Shown piece after piece: positions 24,604-36,440 of a stretch of 64,000 bases of DNA; position 1 is the stretch's first letter, and the number at the start of each line of letters is the position of its first letter. Both the position numbers and the translations under genes were made by a program. A model generated the notes under the pieces. That model did not search any database and was not told the origin of the DNA. It saw nothing but the letters and a program-made list of their open reading frames with translations. The stretch lies in the NCBI GenBank assembly GCA_973895155.1, contig OZ316892.1, positions 10,768,283 through 10,832,282 of the forward strand, written 5' to 3'. The stretch is from Marsupella aquatica (Eukaryota > Plantae > Marchantiophyta).

Positions 24604-27600
24604 ATGAAACAGGAAACCGAGCTTTTGAATAGCGTGACCTCCTCCCCCTCAGGTAGACGTCAGGCAAAATCCGACTCCCATCGGTACAGCGTCGGCCACT
24701 TGGCTAGCAACAACATCCACCTCCGAAATTTATACAACATGCAGAGGCAAAGGGTATTAATTGAAGCTCGGAATTCGTCTGAGCTTCCTCTGATGAAAGA
24801 GCTGAATATCCTCAGACGTGCAAGATCTCTTAGGGACCCCTCCACAAGCCCTGCCTGGAGCAATTCGTCTTTTGGAAGTAGAAGGCTACAAGGGAACATA
24901 AAGGAGGGCCGGGAAACGAAGGTGGGTATCAAGAGTCGGAAAGAGGCGAGAAAGCTGGACTCCAAGAGAGAGAAGCTGGACTTGCGGCCTGGTGGACATC
25001 ATTGGGTGGGGGAGTTTCTGGGCGAGGAAGCAGCGGATTTGCAGGTGATGAGTTGCCCAGGGAGTGACCAAAAGGAAAACCGTGTTCTTAAAAGCAATGG
25101 ATTGAAGGATGGGTATGAGGGTGCTGTCGATCAACCCAAGCCGAAGGCTTCTAAAGGGAGTGGAAAAAACGGCAGAAGGTTGGAGAAGTCGAGAAGCTAT
25201 CCTCGGGTTGGAGCCACTGAAGAGGATGAGCAGCAGCAGCAGTCAAAGGATTCTCAAAGGAGGGAGAGTAGAAATGCGAGAGACCACCAGCAATTAGAGA
25301 CGGAGGATTTGGTAGATGGTTTCATTTTAGGAGAACGAATTATGACCGAGGATGAGAGGCTTCAGCGAGGTTCGATCAGAGTGGTGGAGAACAGCTGGGT
25401 AGAAGAGCCAGAAAGAAGGGCCGAGATTGCCAGAAGGGTAATATCCGAGACGACTAGTCGTGATGGGTTACGAACTGACAGTCTTGATATTCGAGTTCCT
25501 TCCCCCATATTTACTCCTAGCGGGTCAGCCGGGTCAGCAGCAGCTTCAGCTCGTGCTCGTCGAGACCATTTGGACTTGTTGGCCGTGATAAATTCTACTA
25601 AGCACGAGGGTGAAAGTGAGGAACCAAACGGCTTCGGTGACAGTGGAGAAGAAGACGACGAGGATGAGGAAGAAGAGGATGAGGAAGAAGAAGAGGAAGA
25701 GGACGAACGGGAAGGAGGCGATGAAGTAGATGTGATAAGTCTTAGGAATGGTCTGAAGCAGGTGTCGTCCTCTTTAAGTTCTCACACTCATTCACCGCTA
25801 CTCTACCGAGATTCTATGACTTTTGTGATGAACGAGCGAAGCACTCCGAGGGGGCGAAGAAAGACTGGAAAAATGTCTACCTCCAGAGACGGGGAACGGA
25901 GGCACAGGGAGGGAATTAATTTGAGAGTGTCAGGGAAACCTCAGGGGCGTCTGAAGGGGAGAAGAGCTGGATTACGTTCTGGTGTGTCGTCTGCTAGCAA
26001 TGGAGGTTTATCATATGGAATGGAAGGGGAATTGGAGGTGTCTAATCTGCCCCGTCATGGGTGTGGAATCCCCTGGTATTGGAGCAAAATGCACAAGTAC
26101 AGTGGGAAGCGATTTCTGGACATTGCTGGGAGGAGCCTCGGTTGTGGATACTCGGAGGGGACAAAGAGGAAGGGTGAAACTCGTGCGGATCTTAAGCAGT
26201 GCAGGTCCAATTCAATGCAGGGAGAGTTGGCCCAATGGGATCATCGCACGTTTTCCATTGGAAGTCACTTTGGGGAGAGGAGTTCAAATTGTGAGGACTC
26301 AAGCCACCGCTTTGAATTTCATGATGGTGAAGCGAGTCCAGATGTTCCACGAGCAGATGGTAACCTCCTGACTGCAGAACGCTCTGGCGAGCTGATTTTT
26401 GGGTCCACTAGGGAGGAGTTGAGCGGGGTGCTGGTACCTTCATCTCCGGGGTATGGAGACGAATCACCTGGAATGCCACCCTCCAGTCACGTGGCTTCCG
26501 AGGAGCCAAGTCGGAGTCTGAGCGAAAAGTACAAACCAAGGACGTTCAATGAACTCGTTGGACAAAGCTTGGTGACCAAATCTTTGAGTACCGCCGTCCT
26601 CAAGGGGAAAATTGCCCCACTTTATTTATTTCAAGGTCCTCGTGGGACTGGAAAATCGTGTACTGCCCGAATCTTTGCGCAGGCCATGAATTGTGTCTCG
26701 GACGATGTGAAGATTCCCAGACCCTGTGGGTTTTGCACTGAGTGTAACAAATCCTCACCAGACGTCATAGAGTTTGATGCAACCACCTACGTTGGAGCTG
26801 ATAGTGTCAAATCCCTGGTGGGGAGCATGGTCTCAGCTCCCTCCACTTCTCGCTGCAGAGTGCTCATTATAGATGACTGCGACTGTCTTCCTGCGGAAGC
26901 CTGGAACACATTTTTGAAAGCTCTTGACAAAGCTCCTTGGCACGTCGTTTTCATTTTGATAACCACGGATGCCGACAAAGTGCCCCGTAACGCTCTCTCA
27001 CGCTGTCAGAAATTCCTCTTCTCCAAGATCAAGGAGTCCGAAGTCGTGAGCAGGTTGCAAATTCTGGCTGAAATGGAGGGACTGGAGGTGGACGAGTCTG
27101 CATTGGCTCTGGTATCTGCACGAGCCCAGGGGTCCCTTAGAGATGCAGAAACCGTGCTGGATCAGCTGAGCCTGCTGGGGAAAAAGGTCTCGCTGTCGAT
27201 GGTCCAGGAAATGGTAATATTCTGTCCATCCGTCTCCCTTGTCTACTTTGGATTGCCCTTCCTGGAGAGTATCATTTGGTTGAGCTACCCCCAAAATATG
27301 GGAAGGGTTTCGTCATGATGAATGTCTTATCTTTCTCATTGGTTTTGCTTACGAATTCTTGAAGGCTATGTGTCCTCTTCTATGGATTTCTTCATTGTGA
27401 ATCTCTAAAATAACGTCTGTCTACTTGCGTCCCTACTTACAGGTTGGTCTCGTGCCGGACGAAAAGTTGATCGAGCTCTTAGACTTGGCTATGTCAGCAG
27501 AGGCAGTGAGTACTGTACGATGCATGCGTGATCTACTAGATGGCGGAGTGGAACCGTTGGCCCTGGTCTCGCAGCTCGCAACTCTTATTACTGACATTTT

Positions 27601-30396
27601 AGCAGGAACATATGTAGTCTCTCGTGAGAGGCGGAACAGGGGCTTTTTCTTTAGACGAAGTTGTGAGTCTGTTTATCCCTCCCTGATTTGAGATTGCACT
27701 TGTGACCTACTCACCTGCACTTAGATTGGGTTGGTCTTTAGCTATTGTGTGATGGGTACTTTGTAATTTCATGTGTTCTGTTGCTAAAGACGTAAGAGAA
27801 CGTCTTCTGCTAAGTTCGTAGCCAGATAACTCCATCGGATTCTAATAATCTGTCGTGTATTTGAGCAGCTAAGAAAGAGGAGGCTGTGAGATTGAGAGGA
27901 GCTCTGAAGATATTATCCGAAGCTGAGAAGCAGCTACGCCTTTCGAGTGATCAACCTACTTGGCTGACAGCAGCCCTACTTCAATTTGCTCCGGACAGAT
28001 CGTTTCAACCCTCTTCCCTTGATACCAGTTTAGTCGCCAGCCCTGTTCAGGCGTTCAATGACACCAGCGAAAAGGAAACCGGAGATTCTGTTCAACCATG
28101 GACAAGCGAGGAGCTGATTCAACCCAAGGCAGAGAACAGTAGAGGAGAGGTTTTGTCAGGGAGGGAGCAGCGTCTATCCTCACTCTACCGCGATAGACGC
28201 AAGAAGAAAGGCATAGTGTCTAGTTATGCAGAAGCAAAGGTACACCCAGCTGAATCGCCTGTGACAAACCAATTTGGTAGCCCCGAAGACCGATTGTCAG
28301 GAAGGCCCAGCAATGCAAAGTCAGATACACCTCTTTTACCAGGAAATCTCGATGGCCTGAACCAGAGGGATTTCACTGTAATGAGTCATCGGAAACTGGA
28401 GGAGGTTTGGCAGAGAGTCTTGCACGGTAGCCGCTCTAACGTGTTGAGGCAACTTCTACAAGGCCAAGGAAAACTATTGTCACTGCTTCAATCTGATGGT
28501 AAGTCCGAAACGCAGCTGACTTGAGATGTCCAGAAGCAAAAGATTTAGTGAAGTAGCTCATCAATTCAAGTATTCTATAAACTTGTGTTTGCCAACAGTT
28601 TATATTATCCATGTTTCGACACAAGTACCGTGTTAAAAATCTTATTATTCACTTAGTGTTTTGAAGGCTGACATAGTTTTGGTAGCTTGGGGTCTTTCCC
28701 GTTAAGAGTTCGGATTCCAAGACATGGAGGGCTTTGCTAATTCAGTCGCTAGAGTGTAAAAGTATTTCTCCTTTCTTTATGTCGGGGAGATGGGGACTGA
28801 TCGATTGTTCTGGGTTGATCAATTCAGCTTTTGCAGTAGCACATGTGGAGTTCAGACATCCTGAACACAAAGCCCGGGCTGAGAGATCTCGGTCACGAAT
28901 CTGCAATGCGTTTCAAATGGCTCTAGGCTGCCCTGTCGAACTGCAGATTTCATTAGCTTGCATGCCTGGTGAACAGCAATCAGGCTTCACCAGCTTCGAG
29001 GATCACACGCCGATAGCTGATGGTTGGCAAAAGGAGAAGGCAAAAGTCGTGATTGCAACACCGGATAGAAGGTCGTATGACATGAAGACCGTGCAAAATC
29101 GCAGGAGGCAAAGAGGTACACGAGTTCAACGGCATGTAGAAAATCTCGACATCCCTCAGTCACTATACAATGCAGTCATGGGAGACAGCAAGGGCTTTAA
29201 GCCAGAAATCCTGCCAGTAGTAAGCTCTCCCAAATGGGGCAGGGTTGGTGAAGTAGAACATGCTGAAAGGCCTCGGGAAACGAGGACTTACGCACTTCCG
29301 TTGCCACAAGACCTTCGCCAAATGGATAACCCACGGATGAGACAAGGACTCGCTTTCGCCTCTAGAACAAATCCAGTAAAGATGCCACTCAGAACAGCAA
29401 TTCACCAATTTGAAGATGTGTCTCCAACTCAAGATCTTACCACAGATGTCAGGTGTGGCTCCAACGCAAGAAGAAAGAGCGGAAAATTCGGTGTGAGCAG
29501 TGGACGTACGGCGAGTCTAGAACGCGAGGATTCGTAAGTAGTATCTCTTAAGAATTTTCCTGACTCGTGACATGTCCATAAGTCGCCGCTAGATAACCTG
29601 GTTTTGCACTTCCGTATTTTGCAAGATTTTGAAAGTTTACTTCAATCCTGATGCCTATCTTGAGCATCACCTGAGATTGCATGGTGCTCTGGGAGATTTG
29701 TTCGCATCTGTAAATGAAGACCGGTGCATTTCCGTCGTGAAGTCATTGACCCTACCCTTGCATCGTTATCTGGCGAATTTCGTTTCTGCTTGTTGGATTT
29801 GTTTGAAGCACAGGCATGTGCATTATTGCATTTTCTCAGATCAGAAAGCTTACAAAATGTGTTCCCCTCCTCAACATTCAGGAGGTTGGAATCTCGTCTC
29901 AATCCGTCTCAAAACGAATATCGTCTTCTTTGTTGGAGAGTGCAGAAATTGGATGAAGAGAAGGTGGGCACCGTTTTGCATATTACTGCAGGCTAAGGTC
30001 GAAAGCTTGTTAAGTTTGTCCTTTCTGTTATTGCACTTGCAAGCGTCGTTGACGATTGGGTTCCTTCAGAAAGGCTAGAGCTCATATTCAATTGTTGCCC
30101 CATGAAATGTTGTGTGACATCTCATTTGGGATTCTTTTCTGTTTTGCCATCCGGCAACTTTGAGCTTTACGAAGCCAAGCTTGGGAGCCATGTCTGATAT
30201 TTCTTCTATCCCAGGCAGTAAAACTGAGGCTGCAGCTATTGACTGAATTCTGCTGGACTGGTTCGTGCAACAGATCAGAGTGCAAAGGCGGAGACGGCAA
30301 CGACGGGTCAGATTACTACTAAAGATTGTGCCTTGTGCAAAATCCAACACTAGAGCTCAGCAACAGCAACCACCCCAATCTCCTCTGGTGTATTGA
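24604..30396 (+). CDS. STI: STICHEL-like protein (DNA polymerase III gamma/tau, DnaX-like AAA+ domain), 6 exons, 1470 aa
   Basis: Exons 24604-27213, 27443-27662, 27869-28498, 28828-29533, 29840-29963, 30274-30396, all GT-AG and in frame (4413 nt). Motifs: RARSLRDPS, GCGIPWYWS, SLSEKYKPRTF, Walker A GPRGTGKS, Zn motif C..PCGFCTEC, Walker B IIDDCD, SRC, LSEAEKQLR, TWLTAALLQ, C-terminal RLLCWR and LLKIVPC. IIDDCD is closer to the STICHEL-like paralogues. The last two exons are less certain. Confidence 0.93.
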
Positions 30397-31153
30397 TAGA
30401 TGGACCGGTTAATCATCGAGGTCCGAGATCGGGACCTGCTTTATTATTTTGTAATCAAGAGTTCAAACAAGAAATAGCCGACAATTTTGCGGATTATTTG
30501 AGAATTTAATACCAGCAGCGGGGAGACATGTTTTACTTCAAAATTGCACCGCGCATGCACAACAACTGTCAGTTGTTGTTTGTTTTGTCGTGACCCTGTT
30601 TCTAGAGAAACGCGATGAGGCTTCTTTATCCTGAGGCTGTTCGTGACCCACCTGGGCTGACCATCGCAAATGGAATTCACCTGAGTGACTGGTAGGTAGG
30701 AACCGCGTTCTTGAAAACGTGCCACATGGAAATTTATCGCCGAATTGAATCAACACCCTCCAATCACAGAAACAGTTTTTGGATATCTTAAAAAATAGTG
30801 GCATCCTCAGGAAAGGAATCTATAGTTGCTGCCGCTCACAACCATCAGAGAAGTGAATGTCGTTTTGTTGTAGCCGTCTATAATTAATTCCCCAAAAAAT
30901 ATCATCCTTTTCGGGAACGGTTCTCCACTGGATTGATAGGGACGATTGTATTCGAGCAGTGTCCGAAAGTCCCATTGGCGTAAAATCTTCGATGTTGCCG
31001 ATATTAGAGGTCGCAATTAATGGCTTCCGCGACAGGATCATTGCTACTTTTGTAGTCAATGGTAGACATTTAACGAAAAGTTGTAGATACCCCTAAAACC
31101 ACTGTACTCACAAATAAGAAAAGTGCGCAAGTCTCAATGAAGCAGGAATTCAC

Positions 31154-31344
31154 GGTGGCCAATGAATAGATTTCGATGAATGTTTCGAGGCAAACAAGAA
31201 AAAAGGAGCGCACTGTCCGAACAGCATTAAGGGTATGCCTTGCCTGGTGGCCAATGAATGGATTTCGATGAATGTTTCGAGGCAAAAAAGAAAAAAGGAG
31301 CTCACTTTCCGAACAGCATTAAATTAAGGGTATGCCTTACCTGG
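31154..31344. repeat. Tandem duplication (~92 bp x2)
   Basis: GGTGGCCAATGAATRGATTTCGATGAATGTTTCGAGGCAAA...TTAAGGGTATGCCTT repeated. Confidence 0.9.
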
Positions 31345-31720
31345 GGCTGAGGATCCCATCATCACAGGCTAGACCTTTCACGATAACGAACTCCCAGAAT
31401 GGATCTTCTCCAATCGTCAGTCTGCTCTTGCTGTTCTTGACAAGATTCTTATCTTCCTGCGAAGTTACTGAAAAACAGAAGGCCATTTCTGCGCGGTCCC
31501 GTCTTCCTCAAGGTCATCTTCATCATTCTAGTGGAATTGAATGCCACACTCCTCGAGCTCATCTTCACCGAAAAAATGAATGAATGGCACGTCCTCCGAG
31601 TGTACTTTGCAGGGATGCATGGCGCAAGAGATGTACTACTGTAAATGCTTACATTTACGCGAGTTTATTCCTGCCACGTCTGTCGTAGTAGCAATCCGAA
31701 CATCATCAATTGCCATTACT

Positions 31721-31978
31721 CACTTGCTGTTAAATTCAATGTGGCAACAGAGTAATGCCCGGATTGATGAGGCAACGGTCTTGTCACACGAGGGAAGAGT
31801 ATGAGACACTTACTTAATAACTTAATTGATCATCATATATTCATATTCGCACTTGATGTTAAATTCAATGTGGCAACAGAGTAATGCCCGGATTGATGAG
31901 GCAACGGTCTTGTCACACGAGGGAAGAGTATGAGACACTTACTTAATAACTTAATTGATCATCATATATTCATATTCG
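31721..31978. repeat. Near-perfect tandem duplication (129 bp x2)
   Basis: CACTTGMTGTTAAATTCAATGTGGCAACAGAG...TCATATTCG starts at 31721 and 31850. Confidence 0.95.
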
Positions 31979-32051
31979 TAATCTGGTTTGCACAAATAAT
32001 CGGCGCCCAGCACCAAATTAGACACCAAATTGTTATTTTAGTGTAATTCCA

Positions 32052-33317
32052 TTAAAGCCACCACAAAGGATACACCACGTTTCATCGTTCGTGTTATCAC
32101 TTCTTGGAAATTGATGAGTAACATGGCCACGTTTCATATTAATATACATTTCTTGAAATTGTGGAGCAAGTTCTTTTCTTGAAATTGTGAAACAAAATGC
32201 CACTAGATCAAAGAAAAATGAATGAAACTGAAAAAATTTGAGAAATCTTGGACACTTCGCTCTTTTAAATGGCTAGTGACGGCTAGACATTTCCCTCTTC
32301 TATATGGCCAGTGACGGTTAAGAGTGCAACTATTCACTATTTCTCATTACGGATCCCCATTAGGGGTCATTTCCAAAATTCCTGGCTCCACAGCGTGCCA
32401 CATCATCATGGCATGTTGCAAACAGGAAGAGATTTGTTTTTGGATAGAATTAACTTTTGCATTTGTGTTTGTGGCAACTTTGCTGTAAAAACTGGGACGC
32501 CATGCCGTAAAAAGAATGTAAAAAAAACTGACATACAAATCAAAAGACATAAAGTTTGAGGTAAAACTGCTCCCATTAACGGTTTTATTTACATTTTGAT
32601 TTTATTCAAAGCATGAAATTTTCCTAGCAGCAATTTTTATTTGACATTACTGAGTCAAATCATAGTGAAAATTCATGTATAATATGGCGTTGAAAAGATC
32701 TTGAAGAGACGGTCCTAATGAGCTCAGCACTATCACCATTCAATAAGAATTGAGTAAGTACTTTGAAAAATAAATTTTACACATGATTTTATAATCTCTA
32801 ACGTGAATATAAATCTTTGTTGTACAACCCTTTAAATGTTGGCCCCTTACATGAGAATGAACCTAAAATTGACAGATTTTATCGAGTAGTAAGGAAATTA
32901 TGAATTGTATAATTTCTTTAGCTTTTTTATGAACTTAACATTGATAGATTTAGTTGAGTTTTGAGGAGATTATAAGTTTCCAATGTTCTCTAACTTTCCA
33001 ATGAGTGTGACAGTAGTTCATACTACAATTGGTTTTGTGATTGATGTTAATTATGGTTGCCTTGGTAAGCTTTGCAAATGTTTCAAGTGTCAATCAAAAA
33101 TTGACTTGTCCATATTTGAATTTTTTTTCTTTAGAATTGGAGATCCATCTAGGCTTCGGTTTCTAGATAACTGTCTCTAAACTAACATGGGGGTCCACGG
33201 ATTAAGTTTTTTCACATTTCTGTCCTCCATTGTGAGGCTTTTCTCGATTTCAGAAAAAAGATACTAAATGGTGAAACTTGGTGGATCCAGGTTTTGTCAT
33301 GGCCAGTGGTGGTTTAA
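32052..33317. mobile_element. Non-autonomous TIR element (~1.26 kb) bounded by TTAA on both sides
   Basis: Left TTAA-AGCCACCAC..GGATACACCACGTTTCA, right TGAAACTTGGTGGATCCAGGTTTTGTCATGGCCAGTGGTGGT-TTAA. It interrupts a degenerate repeat (CACCAAATT units on both flanks). Confidence 0.65.
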
Positions 33318-33819
33318 GAAAATAACAAATAATTAGAAACAAATTGGTGTCCGACACCATAATTAAACACCAAATTAATTACCTTCTATAATTAGATATA
33401 ATTTGATTTGAGAAAATGATACATAATGAAATACAAGTGGTGCCCAGCCTCAAAATTAGACTCCAAATCAGTTAGCATACTTGTTGTCTGGTTAGCAAGA
33501 ATCATTTTCATTTGTAATCTGGTTAGCACAAATAATCACAAATCAGTTTTGTGATTTGAGGTCACAAAAATGGTGAGCTGGGAAAACTGCAGGCAGTTTC
33601 AAGGAAATGGGGAAGAAATGAAATTTTGGACATGACTAATTGGTAAAATTTTGTGAGGATCGATACGCCAATGCTAAAATTTAACCTCCCAAAAATGTTA
33701 TGCAAAAATGCAGCCAGTTTTGAGAGATGGGGAGGGAAAACAAAATTCCAGACATGACAACAAAGAAACCTTTCTATGAGGTGAGAGATGACATGCCCTG
33801 GAAAATGGTTTAAACCTTG

Positions 33820-34023
33820 TAAGTACTTTGCCACTAAAGATGTTCTAATTAAAATATTGTCACTGTTTTTTTGTATTTATAAAAATGCCACGGTTTAGTA
33901 TATGTATTACAAGTTTATTAAGGTAACCAGGGGAGCTACATACTGAAATTGTGTCAGTTTTGTAAATACAAAAAAAATAGTGACAGTATTGTAAATTCAA
34001 ACATCTTTAGTAGCAATGTACTT
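33820..34023. repeat. Long hairpin / MITE-like foldback (~85-bp arms)
   Basis: GTACTTTGCCACTAAAGATGTT..ATTGTCACTGTTTTTTGTATTTATAAAA pairs with TTTTGTAAATACAAAAAAAATAGTGACAGT..AACATCTTTAGTAGCAATGTAC. Confidence 0.75.
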
Positions 34024-34785
34024 AAAAACTGAACTGGTTTTATCTGTTGGAAATAGTTGCAAAGGCATGTTTTGGTCGAGATGCCAGAAAGAGGTGACAA
34101 AGAAATGACCACCTGTAAAATTAACTTTTGCCATTCAGAATAGGGAACTACTGATAACAGTGAGTAGTGATTAAGTGCAAGGCCTAGGGAAGAAGGCCCT
34201 GGCCTGCCGTATGCGATAACCCAAACCCAGGCACCCTTTTAATTAATTATAGAAAACAACTATGTTGTAAGTGCAAGCACAAAAGATGTTGCACTCCCTG
34301 TAGATAGATTGCAATAAGTAGAAGCACAAAAGACATCACACTTCTAAGTAGATGCAGGCCAAAGGTGCTGGACATGGGACTCCTAAAAAATTACAAAATA
34401 AATATCAGGACAACTTTATGTACAGTTATTGTGTAGCATGTTGGTAGTCTTTGGTTGGAACTGGCAGGTTGGGGGTCTGAGCCCTGCCCTCATTTGATAT
34501 TTTTCATCAAGATGCGGCTTCAAGAGCGGCAACATTAGAAAGTACTTATTTAAAGTGAGAAATAAAACAATGGATGGGATGGCAGATAAATAAATGAAGA
34601 AAAACATACATGGGGGACTCAATTAGATTGAAATTCGACAACCAACTGGCTTAGATTAGTTGGCTAGTGGATTAGCTTGGAACTGAGAGGTCTTTCAACA
34701 CATAGAGGGGTGTGGAGGGTATATGTGTGTGGGTGGGATGGGTTTGTGGATAATGGATGTGAGTTCTGATTATCTTCTTGGTATC

Positions 34786-34999
34786 GACCATACCAAGTCT
34801 CCATTGCACATGCTCAGTCTCCCTATTTCTCAAGTGGCTCCATAGCAATGAGCCTAGGTTCCTCCTCACAAGCAAAGTTTAACACTAACTTGCTTGTGTA
34901 TATAGGACACATCACGGCTAACCTAACTAAGTCTGCGACTATGGTTAGTCTAAGTATAGCTACAGTTCTAACTCTAGATCTAAGAGTAAATGCCTAACA
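34786..34999 (-). mobile_element. Truncated LTR of copia family A
   Basis: CCATACCAAGTCT..CTCAAGTGGCTCCATARCAATGAGCCTA..CGACTATGGTTAG..GAGTAAATRCCTAACA aligns with 12685-12881. Confidence 0.85.
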
Positions 35000-35369
35000 A
35001 CTAAAACAAATATAGGACAAGTTGGCATTATTGTGCACTCTTCAATAAGTGCATGTATATAGTTATCCATGGTTTGCACTTATTTATTGCGGGATTTATT
35101 GTCTAGTGACAACCTACATGCAAGGAAAAACTGCAACAAAAGGCTCAAATACAAGTGAAATGTAGAAAATATTGCAGAAAAAGCATTGGCCTTGTAGTAC
35201 CCCACATTTTTTAATTCCACAGTCATGGTAGTGTTCAAATTCGAGACAAATTCCAATATTGAAGCTAATTAGGGGGACTTACATAAAGTCATTTTTTCTA
35301 TTTTGGTTTATCACTTGATCAAATTAAATCTGGACTGTTCAATCAACCTTTTTGGGTAAAGTTGACTTT

Positions 35370-36150
35370 ACATACGAGCAACAACACAATTGTCGTATGC
35401 TAACAAAAGCAAATATCATCAAATATATGCTAAAAACTCGGTGTTCATTCCCGTGGAAGAACAAGAATGGGATGAAAAGATGTTTTAAAGTGTTTTGATT
35501 GGTTTAGAGATGGTACTCAACATCTATAAGAAAAATAGAATCTTAAACAAAACACATGCAATTAACAAAATAGGAACAAACGTGACATTTGTTGAATAAT
35601 AGAATCTTAAAGCTTTTAGAGGTATAGTTTAGCAATATTTAACTCCATCACCATGTCTTAAGAAAGAGCTATGGCATTATTTGAGATGTTGATAAGTCAA
35701 ACATAACCTTGTTATAACTGCTCTCTAGGTTTCTATCATAAATCTAAGTTTAAGAAGTGTCTATGCTCACAAAACCCAAGATAAGTTTCGGATTGTGTGT
35801 ATAGTAATGTGTCATTAAAATGCCGGCAACATGTTTCCTTCTTCAGCGATGCGCAATTCCAAAGGAAAACTAATGCACATTCAGTATACCGCAATCGTAC
35901 TTCAAATCCGTGAATTAAGAATGTCGCTACTTCTTAACATATAGATTTTTCTTTCTTGATTACATGCAATACTTATCTTCCAAAGATAAGTCCTTCATGT
36001 AAATACAGAACTTGACAACAAATGTTGTAGTTTGAATTAGGCATCGACCAACGGATCTTCTAATACATTCCACAAACTGTATTTTTAAGGGTTTTACTTC
36101 TTACGGTAATTGCAACATGTATGCATTACCATATGAAGGAGGGGTAGACT
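35370..36150 (+). repeat. Left arm of a long degenerate inverted repeat; partner at ~40810-41770
   Basis: ACAATTGT.GTAT, CCCRTGGAAGAACAA, CAATTAACAAAA, GTACTTCAAA..CTACTTCT and TTTTACTTCT recur in reverse complement and reverse order in the right arm. Confidence 0.55.
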
Positions 36151-36440
36151 CCTAGCACAAGTAATCAAATTCCAAGGCATACAAATCTTCCTTGCAAAAT
36201 TGCATTACACATACAAGGGACAAAACTCCAAGATGAGGAGATGCAAATAACTATCCACACTGTCTCAAAATGAGACTGGTATCACAATAAGTACATGAGA
36301 TCGCCCACGGGCTAAGGAGAATGAAGAGACATGCCTCCTAATTTCCTAAGTCTAAACTAAGTAAAATAAAAGTCAACGTTGACTAAGGGATAGTCAAATA
36401 GTCAAAGCTAAGTAAAAGTCTACAAAATAAAATACTAATC

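Noticed and set aside
24604-27213. Bacterial dnaX acquired by recent horizontal transfer or contamination
   Set aside because: Spliceosomal introns and STICHEL-specific flanking motifs show it is the known plant family.
27214-27318. C-terminus of the 904-aa ORF (VIFCPSV...GRVSS)
   Set aside because: Intron read-through; a GT donor at 27214 joins in frame to the conserved VGLVPDEKL exon.
36277-36284. TGGTATCA as a PBS of an LTR starting at TGTAGTACCCC (~35193)
   Set aside because: Not preceded by an LTR-terminal CA, the match is short, and no gag or second direct LTR was found. The same applies to the match near 39023.
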